This document shows positions 9,956-18,306 of a stretch of 32,000 nt of DNA, piece after piece. Under the pieces are notes generated by a model that worked only from the letters and a program-made list of their open reading frames with translations, did not search any database and had not been told where the DNA came from. The first letter of the stretch is position 1; every line of letters starts with the position of its first letter. The stretch is taken from contig NZ_LT934425.1 in the NCBI RefSeq assembly GCF_900232105.1, positions 1,470,001 to 1,502,000 of the forward strand, in the 5' to 3' direction. This DNA is from Candidatus Kuenenia stuttgartensis. GTDB taxonomy: Bacteria > Planctomycetota > Brocadiia > Brocadiales > Brocadiaceae. A program made the position numbers and the translations under genes.

Positions 9956-10169
9956 ACCTGAAGAAATGCGTAAGGAGTACAAACGGAAAGATTTGGGCAA
10001 GGGAATAAGGGGCAAATATTTCGATGAATACAAAAAAGGGACCAATCTTATTCTTCTAAGCCCTGATGTGGCAGAAGTATTTCCCGATGACGCTTCGGTC
10101 AATGAATCCCTGCGTAGTTTGATGAAAATAGCACGTCAATCGACAGGTCTTACAAAGCGCTCCACCTGA
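9942..10169 (+). CDS. brnA: BrnA-like antitoxin
   Basis: MKRVKPEEMRKEYKRKDLGKGIRGKYFDEYKKGTNLILLSPDVAEVFPDDASVNESLRSLM; starts 14 nt before the brnT stop. Confidence 0.75.
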   Translation: MKRVKPEEMRKEYKRKDLGKGIRGKYFDEYKKGTNLILLSPDVAEVFPDDASVNESLRSLMKIARQSTGLTKRST

Positions 10170-10204
10170 CCGCTATTCCGCTGCGTTCCTACACTGCGAT
10201 TATT

Positions 10205-10232
10205 GGAATTTTTCAAAAAACTAAAGTGTTAC
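10205..10232. repeat. Solo terminus of the MITE-like family
   Basis: GGAATTTTTCAAAAAACTAAAGTGTTAC, as at the right ends of 1-175 and 7020-7316. Confidence 0.6.
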
Positions 10233-10370
10233 TATGTTTTGGATTTGTTTTGAATTTTATGCTTTGTTAATTCGGATTTGTTTCGTATTTCGTATTTCGT
10301 ATTTCGTATTTTTTATTTCTTGATCTCAGACGTTTGTACAACGGAAAATCCACAATGGGGGGAAATACCA

Positions 10371-10924
10371 GTGCGAGTTTTTTTAACAGGCGTGGGTTGT
10401 GTAGGCAAGACGACGACCGGCAGGGCGTTGGCAGATCTTCTGTGTGTAAAGTTTTTTGATGTAGATGATGAAATCGAGACCTTCTTTGAGATAAGTATCG
10501 AGCGACTACAGGCAAGATTCCTTACTGTCCACTCCTTTCGAAATGAGGCTGCAAAGGCACTGATTCATCTGCTGAATCGTCCGGACAGCCGCAACAGCGT
10601 AATCGCCCTGCCACCGAGTGGACTGATGGGAGGGTATCTGCGGGCTGTTAAGAAGTCCGATGGCTTATCATTGTACTACACGACACGCCGGAGAATATCC
10701 TGGAGAGAATCAGGTTCTACGACATAGACTCGAAACCGATGGAGAAACACGTAACCACTGAAGAGAAACGCCTGTACCAGAAAGAGATCAAAAAGTACAT
10801 CACATTTTTCCGCAAGAGTTACGAACGTGCTCATTTGCAGATTGATATATCGGGTCTTAGTGTTAAGCAAGCAGCCGCCAGGATAAAAGAGGCCTTGGAA
10901 ATGTTCGACAATAAGGTACGGTGA
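10371..10924 (+). pseudogene. Shikimate-kinase-like protein, frameshifted near 10655
   Basis: Frame A from GTG 10371: VRVFLTGVGCVGKTTTGRALADLLCVKFFDVDDEIE...IALPPSGLMGGYLRAVKKS. Another frame continues IIVLHDTPENILERIRFYDIDSKPMEKHVTTEEKRLYQKEIKKYITFFRKSYERAHLQIDISGLS... Confidence 0.75.
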
Positions 10925-11150
10925 AAAGCCATTGTTGGATTTCGCTGACCAATCCAACGTAACTGCCCCTACTGGATGAAAGGCGTTAGTACCTTATCGG
11001 TAATTTTTTCGCATTTTTTGGCAAAATATTTAACAGTCCCTTCTGCCGTCGGCAATCGGCAAATTGCAGATTGAGGACTGAGGACTGTTTTCGCGCTTGT
11101 TTGGTTCTGGCTATACCAACTTAGGCGTTAAGAAACATTGGATAATAATT

Positions 11151-11453
11151 ATGATTAATCTTCTACAACTAAAACCTAAAATTGAAAGCATTTGTCGGGT
11201 ATTGCCCATAAAACGACTGGATCTTTTCGGCTCTGTTTTGACTCAAAACTTTGCACCAGGCAGCGACGTAGACGTTTTGGTGCTTTTTGATTCGGATGAA
11301 AACATTGATCTTTTTGATAAATACTTTGAATTAAAAGAACAACTGGAAAAAATATTTAAACGGAAAGTAGATCTTGTTGTAGACAAACCATTTAGAAATC
11401 CTATTTTCAGGAAATCAGTTGACAAGACAAGGATTGCCATATATGAACGATGA
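11151..11453 (+). CDS. MNT-domain nucleotidyltransferase (MntA-like antitoxin), pair 1
   Basis: LDLFGSVLTQNFAPGSDVDVLVLFD (GSx10DxD) and KVDLVVDKPFRNP; overlaps the HEPN gene by 11 nt. Confidence 0.88.
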   Translation: MINLLQLKPKIESICRVLPIKRLDLFGSVLTQNFAPGSDVDVLVLFDSDENIDLFDKYFELKEQLEKIFKRKVDLVVDKPFRNPIFRKSVDKTRIAIYER

Positions 11454-11781
11454 AATACTTAAAAATCTCATCGACGTCCTCCATGCAGCAGAAGAGATAC
11501 AGAGATTTACCCATGAAATGGATTTCAAGGCATATAAAAACAGTCCCGTTACACAAAGAGCGGTTGAGAGAGATTTTGAGATTATTGGGGAAGCCCTTAA
11601 TAGAATCCGGAAAATTGATGCGGAGTTTATCGAAAGAATTTCTGAACATTACCGTATTATTGGTTTCAAAAACATATTAATACATGGTTATGACATAGTA
11701 GATGAAATGATTGTTTGGAAGGCTGTTAAGAACCATTTACCAATTTTGATCAAAGAAGTACGTGAAATAGTAAATGCCTAA
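11443..11781 (+). CDS. HEPN-domain protein (HepT-like, DUF86), pair 1
   Basis: MNDEILKNLIDVLHAAEEIQRFTHEMDFKAYKNS...AVERDFEIIGEALNRI...FKNILIHGYDIVDEMIVW. Confidence 0.88.
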   Translation: MNDEILKNLIDVLHAAEEIQRFTHEMDFKAYKNSPVTQRAVERDFEIIGEALNRIRKIDAEFIERISEHYRIIGFKNILIHGYDIVDEMIVWKAVKNHLPILIKEVREIVNA

Positions 11782-12722
11782 GCTGACAACGCCAGAACCA
11801 AACAAGCACGAAAACAGTCCTCAGTCCTCAGTCCTCAATCGGCAATTTGCAATTTGCCGACAGTAGACTGTCGACGGGAGCATTCCCGATTTTTTGTAAA
11901 AATGTCATTAGCAGGGGGGGGAAGAATAGTAACTCAAGCTTCCAGCTTGAGGGTAAAATACCACAAGCAGGATGCTTGTGTTACAATGTACAATTAGTTA
12001 ACCAAAAATCGGGAATGCTCCTGTTCAAACTATATCCCCCGGCGGGGGTGCAGGGGGTGGACCGGATTTCTCCCTCGATTCAACTACCCCTTTATTATGA
12101 AAACAAATTTAAACCTCTTTCCCACGCTCCGCAGACAATTCCACCCCCTTAATCCCCCGCCAGCGGGGGACAGGCTTGCCACATCCCTTGCAGCTTTCAT
12201 GCACTTGTGGTGTTGATCCGGGTGCATTCCCGGTTTTTTGTGACTTCTGCCATGTTTTTAATGAAACGTACAGTAGTATTAACCCCTGGCAGCGTTGTTT
12301 TGCCCCAATCACACAAACGGTTACAAAAAATCGGGAATGCTCCTCTGCCGACTGCAGAAGAGAGCATTAAATATTTTGCCAAAAAATGCGAAAAAATTAC
12401 TGATAAGGCACTAACATTCCCCTCCGCCCGACCCGTGCCAACAATGTCACCTGGCTTTTCAGCATCCCTCTTATCATGTTTCTTATGAAAAAAGACCTCT
12501 TGAAGTATAATTTAATATTTGACAAAATCGGCATATACCTACTATAATTTCTTCTTTGTTTTATATTAAGTCACGTATTTACTGAAACTTACAAAATTGA
12601 CACGTACCTTCATTGTCCCCGGTTTTTCAAATATCCTGCATTCCTAAAAATTTCGTGAACTTTTTCTGTAACGTTGAGACCATATCATTGTTCATTTTTA
12701 TTTTCTTAGATTCACTATATTT

Positions 12723-13772
12723 ATGATTAAAAGACGCAATACGCGAACGGTCAATGTTGGCGGAGTATTGATGGGGGGGAACAGCCCGATTTCCGTGCAA
12801 ACAATGACGAAGACCCACACGGAGGATATTGACGCGACAGTTAAACAGATTAAAGCGCTGGAAGCTGCCGGTTGCAATATCGTACGTGTTGCCGTTCCCA
12901 CAATTGTTACCGCAAAATGTCTTGGCGCTATTAAACGGCAGATAAACATACCCCTTGTTGCAGATATACACTTTGGACATCATCTTGCCCTTGAAGCCAT
13001 TTCACAGGGAGTTGACAAGATACGGATCAACCCCGGCAATATGAAAGACCGGAAAAAACTGGAAGAAATAATAAAAGCCGCAAAGGGGAAGGGTATCCCT
13101 ATCCGTATAGGCGTTAATTCCGGTTCAATACGGGACGTAGGGATACATGAGGAGCTGACGGCTTTAATGGTCAAAACCGTTTTGCAGTATTGCGAGCATT
13201 TTGAATCGATTGGTTTCAGGGATATTGTATTGTCATTAAAGGCGTCTGACGTGCCTTCAACCCTGGAAGCATACCGTTCAATTGCAACACAATGCGATTA
13301 TCCATTACATCTGGGCGTTACCGCGGCAGGCCCTCCAAGTCTGGCAACCATTAAATCCGCAATCGGTATCGGCGGATTACTTTCAGAAGGCATTGGCGAT
13401 ACGTTACGGGTTTCCTATACCGGCGCATCGGAACTTGAAGTAGAGGCAGGCTTTGACATCCTCGAAGCGCTCGGGCTTTACAAGCGGCGGCGTGCGGATC
13501 TTATTTCCTGTCCAACGTGCGGCAGGTGCGAAATCGACCTTGTTAAAATTGTTGAACAGGTAAGACACCGTCTGCCAAACGACAAAAAACATCTTCAGAT
13601 AGCCATTATGGGGTGTATAGTAAATGGGCCTGGAGAGGCAAGGGAGGTCGATATCGGTATTGCCGGAGGCAAGGGATTTGGGTTTCTTTTCAAAAAGGGA
13701 GAAAAGGTAAGGAAAATACCGGAAGATCGGATGGTGGATGAGCTTTTGGAAGAAATTTCCCTTATGAAATAA
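12723..13772 (+). CDS. ispG: 4-hydroxy-3-methylbut-2-en-1-yl diphosphate synthase
   Basis: RRNTRTVNVGGVLMGGNSPISVQTMTKT, VADIHFGHHLA, RINPGNM, RIGVNSGS, SCPTCGRCEIDL, IMGCIVNGPGEA. Confidence 0.97.
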   Translation: MIKRRNTRTVNVGGVLMGGNSPISVQTMTKTHTEDIDATVKQIKALEAAGCNIVRVAVPTIVTAKCLGAIKRQINIPLVADIHFGHHLALEAISQGVDKIRINPGNMKDRKKLEEIIKAAKGKGIPIRIGVNSGSIRDVGIHEELTALMVKTVLQYCEHFESIGFRDIVLSLKASDVPSTLEAYRSIATQCDYPLHLGVTAAGPPSLATIKSAIGIGGLLSEGIGDTLRVSYTGASELEVEAGFDILEALGLYKRRRADLISCPTCGRCEIDLVKIVEQVRHRLPNDKKHLQIAIMGCIVNGPGEAREVDIGIAGGKGFGFLFKKGEKVRKIPEDRMVDELLEEISLMK

Positions 13773-13774
13773 TA

Positions 13775-14917
13775 ATGAAAAACGTTGCTATCCTTGGCTC
13801 TACAGGTTCTATCGGAAAAAATGCATTACACGTTGTGCGTAACTTAAAAGACTCCTTCAGGGTAACCGGGCTTTCCAGTCATTCGCAGTGGGAATTCCTT
13901 GCCCGGCAGGCGGAAGAATTTAATCCATCGCACATAGCGCTGAGCGACCTCCAATTAGCCGGAAAACTGAAACAACACCTTTCGGGCAAGCAGATAGAAG
14001 TAATCAGCGGAAATAATTGCCTCAAAGAGATTGTTTTAAAGAGCGAGGCGGATATTGTGGTTTCAGCGGTAGTTGGCGCAATCGGATTATCCGCCGCTAT
14101 AGCAACTGTACAAGCGGGGAAAATCCTTGCCCTTGCCAACAAAGAAGCCCTTGTTATGGCAGGGAATATTGTCATTCCGTTGGCAAAAAAGAATCAGATA
14201 CTGCCGGTGGATAGTGAACACAGCGCAATATTTCAAGCCCTCCAGTCCGGCAGGCAGAACGAAATCAGGCGTATTATCATTACCGCTTCGGGAGGCCCTT
14301 TTTATGATTTTCCCGCCGATACACTTGCAGATGTAACACCTGCTCAGGCGCTTAAACATCCGACATGGCGCATGGGGCAGAAAATCACCATCGATTCTGC
14401 GACGTTAATGAACAAGGCCCTTGAAATTATTGAGGCAAAGTGGCTGTTTAATCTGGAGGCTGACCAAATTGATGTGGTAGTACATCCGCAATCGATCATT
14501 CATTCTATGGTGGAATTTTGTGATGGCTCAGTCATTGCCCAAATGGGCATGCCGGATATGAAGGTCCCGATTCAATACGCCTTAACGTTCCCTGAAAGGG
14601 CGTGTCTTAATGCTGAACCGCTGGACTTGCCGCGCATAGAAAATCTTACCTTTAAAAAGCCGGATAGGGAAAAATTTCCCGCTTTAAAGCTCGGCTATCT
14701 TGCGGTCAGAGAGGGCGGCACTATTGGCGCTACGCTAAACGCCGCAAACGAAGTCGCCGTGCAGGCCTTTCTTGAAAAGAAAATTCGTTTCACCGAAATA
14801 GCCTCCTTTGTGGAAAAGGTTATAAATCATCACCATTTTATTAAAGACCCTTGCCTGGAAGAGATTCTGGCGGCAGATGCATGGGCAAGACAGGAGATTA
14901 AAAAATGCCTTACTTAA
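13775..14917 (+). CDS. dxr: 1-deoxy-D-xylulose 5-phosphate reductoisomerase
   Basis: VAILGSTGSIGKNALHVV, LANKEALVMAG, PVDSEHSAIFQAL, ITASGGPF, HPTWRMGQKITIDSATLMNKALEIIEAKWLF. Confidence 0.97.
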   Translation: MKNVAILGSTGSIGKNALHVVRNLKDSFRVTGLSSHSQWEFLARQAEEFNPSHIALSDLQLAGKLKQHLSGKQIEVISGNNCLKEIVLKSEADIVVSAVVGAIGLSAAIATVQAGKILALANKEALVMAGNIVIPLAKKNQILPVDSEHSAIFQALQSGRQNEIRRIIITASGGPFYDFPADTLADVTPAQALKHPTWRMGQKITIDSATLMNKALEIIEAKWLFNLEADQIDVVVHPQSIIHSMVEFCDGSVIAQMGMPDMKVPIQYALTFPERACLNAEPLDLPRIENLTFKKPDREKFPALKLGYLAVREGGTIGATLNAANEVAVQAFLEKKIRFTEIASFVEKVINHHHFIKDPCLEEILAADAWARQEIKKCLT

Positions 14918-16716
14918 ATGTTTCAACAAACGTAATTCTCGTTATTGCAGGCATCGGACTGCTTATTTTTATCCATGAGCTGGGCCATTTTCTCATGGCA
15001 AAAAAAATTGGCGCCCGTGTCCTGGCCTTTTCACTGGGATTTGGCCCTGCCATATTGAAAAAACAATGGGGTGAAACCGAGTATCGGTTGTCCCTTTTTC
15101 CGCTTGGCGGATACGTAAAACTGGCAGGAGAAAACCCTGACGAGGAGAAAACCGGCGCTTCCTATGAATTTTCCTCCAAAAGTATAGGGCAACGTGCATC
15201 GGTATTGGTCGCCGGCGTTGCGTTAAACGCTCTTTTGGCATTCGTTGCCTTTATTGTCGCATTTCAGATAGGGGTGCCTTTTATTACTTCCGAAGTAGGA
15301 GATGTTATCCCAGGCCAGCCCGCCTGGCAGGCAGGGATACAGAAAGGCGATAAAATTACAGAAATCGGGGGCATTGATGACCCTGATTTTGAAGACATTT
15401 TTACTGTCGTCGCGTTGAGCAACACCACTACCGGCATACCCATCAAGGTGAAGAGAGGCAACGATATTTTCCGTACAGAGGTAATACCGATGTATGACCA
15501 GGAGCATGGCCTTCAACGCATCGGAATAATGCCCGCGACCAGCCTGGAGATTGATAAAATATTTGCCTTTGAAAATAATGAGTCGCCTGCAAGGGACGCC
15601 GGAATACAGGTAAAAGACCTTGTCGTGGCAGTAAACGGCAAAAGGATAACCTCTGAATCGGAATTTCGTGAAGTAGAATCACAGAGCGCAGGCAAAGAAA
15701 TAACCCTTACTCTGTTGCGAAACGGCGAAGAAATAAAGGTAAAAGTAACTCCATCTAAAATATCACGGTGGATGCTTGGTTTGTCCGGCGCTTCTTCCAT
15801 TATAGACGGCGTGAAATATAAAAGTATTGCCAGTAAAGCAGGATTGATGAAGGGTGATGAAATAATTGAGGTTAATTCCAATCCCATTATTGGCTTTACC
15901 GGTTTTAAGAACACATTCATGGCGTACGAAGATAAAACATGCATCCTGACCGTAAAGAGAAACAACAAGATTATATTAGTTTCTGTGCCGTTAGAAGATG
16001 CTGGCGCAAAAGAAGAATTTTTAAAAAGTATTACTCCCTTTTACGGACTGACAATCGATTCCGTTGTCCCGGGATTTCCTGCGGAAAAGATAGGATTGCA
16101 ACCCGGCGATAAAATTATTTCCCTGAATGAAAAAGAACTGCATCACTGGAACGAACTCCTTCTGGCGGTAGTATCGGGACAGGGAAAACCCATCACCCTT
16201 GGGTGGATGCGGGGGACTGAAAAATTAACCTCTGCCATAGCACCGCAAAAAAATGGTGAAACAGCGGCAGGAAGCATTGGCGTGAAATTCAGAGAAAAAA
16301 CAGAATTTAAAAAATATGGGCTTATTGGGTCATGCGTAGTAGGCTTTAAAAAGGCTGTTATCAATGTACAAAGACTGTATCTTACGTTAAGAGGGTTCTT
16401 TTCCCAAAGACTTTCAACCAAAAACGTCGGTGGATTCATCCTTATTGCCCAGGCATCATACGAATCCGCAAAAGTAGGCATGGGGAAATTGGTATATTTT
16501 TTAGGGATTTTAAGCCTTCAGCTTGCGCTTTTAAATATCTTACCGGTGCCAGTGCTGGATGGCGGACATTTATTATTCTTGTTAATTGAAAAAATCAAGG
16601 GTTCTCCGGTCAGCCAGAAAACGCTATCAATTGCCCAGTATATTGGTTTCGCCATGATTATTTCACTGGTTATTTACGCCACACGCAATGATATTATGCG
16701 GCTGTTTACGTTGTAG
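14905..16716 (+). CDS. rseP: RIP metalloprotease RseP (site-2 protease family) with PDZ domains
   Basis: LLIFIHELGHFLMAKKIG, FPLGGYVKLAGE, PDZ-like repeats, C-terminal NILPVPVLDGGHLLFLLIE; overlaps dxr by 13 nt. Confidence 0.95.
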   Translation: MPYLNVSTNVILVIAGIGLLIFIHELGHFLMAKKIGARVLAFSLGFGPAILKKQWGETEYRLSLFPLGGYVKLAGENPDEEKTGASYEFSSKSIGQRASVLVAGVALNALLAFVAFIVAFQIGVPFITSEVGDVIPGQPAWQAGIQKGDKITEIGGIDDPDFEDIFTVVALSNTTTGIPIKVKRGNDIFRTEVIPMYDQEHGLQRIGIMPATSLEIDKIFAFENNESPARDAGIQVKDLVVAVNGKRITSESEFREVESQSAGKEITLTLLRNGEEIKVKVTPSKISRWMLGLSGASSIIDGVKYKSIASKAGLMKGDEIIEVNSNPIIGFTGFKNTFMAYEDKTCILTVKRNNKIILVSVPLEDAGAKEEFLKSITPFYGLTIDSVVPGFPAEKIGLQPGDKIISLNEKELHHWNELLLAVVSGQGKPITLGWMRGTEKLTSAIAPQKNGETAAGSIGVKFREKTEFKKYGLIGSCVVGFKKAVINVQRLYLTLRGFFSQRLSTKNVGGFILIAQASYESAKVGMGKLVYFLGILSLQLALLNILPVPVLDGGHLLFLLIEKIKGSPVSQKTLSIAQYIGFAMIISLVIYATRNDIMRLFTL

Positions 16717-17123
16717 GAAATACGTACGAAGTACGGTTTACGATTGTAACGGGAGCATTCCTGATTTTTTGTAACAGTTTAGATTTTTGGAAAAACAAAA
16801 ATGCTCGTTCCCAAGCTCCGGCTTGGGAACGTAATTGCGTTGGAAGCTCTAGCTTCCATTTAGCCGGCAAGCGAAGCTTCGTGTATTATTCGATTCAAAA
16901 GAGGTTTCCAAATATCTTGGGTAACATACTGAAAAGCCTCCAAACTGACAACATGGGTTCATTCCCTTTTCCATTCGAAGCTGGAGCTTCTCAAACAAAT
17001 CCGTTCCCAAGCCGGAGCTTGGGAACGAGCGGTTTTTTTCAATATATTACGCTGAATAGTTACTTACGATTTTAGCTTTGGGATTTGGGGTTTTAAATCG
17101 TAAATCGTACTTCGTACCACCAA

Positions 17124-18179
17124 CTAAAGAATACTACAACTTTTTATCATTTCAATAAATGCCTCAATACGGGTTTTCATTGACCCATCCAATGGGCCTG
17201 GACGATCGCAATCGAGGGTAAGGATCGGCAGTCGTATATTTTTCCTAATAATCTTGTCCTGAATATGCCTATGGCAAAAACTTTGCACATAATGAATGAT
17301 GCCATGGATTCTTCTTTGCCTTACCGCATCTTGAATATCCTCTAAACGCGAAAAAATATCGTATGGATAGGTATAGCGGCTGTACTGTTCCACAAGGGTA
17401 TCTGACTGGTATGGCATACTGAACTGACGCTGAATTTCGTTAAATACTACCTGTACGCCAAGGGAGGAAAGAAAGTGGTACAAATCTTCACAAATGGGGG
17501 GTATTCCGACAACTCCGAGCCTTATTGCATGTTTGATTGGCTCCCGTCCGGATACCGATTTAAGAAATTTCCCTGCAAGTTCCCCAAATGTCTCAAAATC
17601 TCCCATGAAGTCGCTCGTCGATACTGTCCACAGGTGGTTTTCATCGCCTGTGACAACATTCTCCACCCATGTAAGCCGGTCAATTTCGTGTACTATGCTT
17701 CTCACCGAATCCAGACGCTTCTTTGTTTCTTCCGCTCTCCAGTAAGAAACTCCCAGGTTTGCGGCAAGCGACTCCATTTGATCACGCAGAAAGGATGTAT
17801 CCGCTTTACTATGGGGATAAGCGAAAGGAATGGTTTTTATGCCCTCCGACAAAAAAACCTCCATAAGCGCCTGATTATTACTGCAATCACCCTGAATCAC
17901 GCTGATAATCTTTCGGATTGAGTATTTTTTCACAGCGGAATACATGCCCTTGATCCATGCGCATGTGTTTCTGGGCAAACCAGCCAGCTCCGCATCCTCT
18001 ATCATTTTATTTGGCGCAATATCGCAAATGAATATATTGTTAAGATCGATAGGCACATATCCTGCGGCAAAGACGATCTCTATGGGGATGGTGGACGTAA
18101 TCCCTATGATTTTGTCCGCTGGAAATTTCCCGGGATCGGGAAGATAAGGAAGTAAATTGTCGTTAGACATAAGATGCAT
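17124..18179 (-). CDS. 2-hydroxyacyl-CoA dehydratase family protein (HgdB/BcrC-like)
   Basis: DKIIGITSTIPIEIVFAAGYVPIDL, LPRNTCAWIKGMYSA, IISVIQGDCSNNQAL, LGVVGIPPICEDLYHFLSSLG, GIIHYVQSFCHRHIQDKIIRKNIRLPILTLDCDRPGPLDGSMKTRIEAFIE. Confidence 0.85.
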   Translation of the reverse strand: MHLMSNDNLLPYLPDPGKFPADKIIGITSTIPIEIVFAAGYVPIDLNNIFICDIAPNKMIEDAELAGLPRNTCAWIKGMYSAVKKYSIRKIISVIQGDCSNNQALMEVFLSEGIKTIPFAYPHSKADTSFLRDQMESLAANLGVSYWRAEETKKRLDSVRSIVHEIDRLTWVENVVTGDENHLWTVSTSDFMGDFETFGELAGKFLKSVSGREPIKHAIRLGVVGIPPICEDLYHFLSSLGVQVVFNEIQRQFSMPYQSDTLVEQYSRYTYPYDIFSRLEDIQDAVRQRRIHGIIHYVQSFCHRHIQDKIIRKNIRLPILTLDCDRPGPLDGSMKTRIEAFIEMIKSCSIL

Positions 18180-18306
18180 GTTTTATAAAATGCTGCCGTT
18201 TTAGATTTACGATGTACGAGGCACGATTTTTAAATCGTACTTCGCACATCGTAAATCGTACATCATACTGGCGCATGCCTCTAAAGCGGGCAGCAGGGAT
18301 GTATCA

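Noticed and set aside
11450-11680. 76-aa ORF in another frame inside the HEPN gene
   Set aside because: The 11443-11781 frame has clear HEPN motifs; the other frame is an out-of-frame shadow.
13879-14359. Antisense and overlapping ORFs within ispG/dxr/rseP and the CheB/CheR gene
   Set aside because: They overlap strongly conserved coding sequence and have no recognisable motifs.
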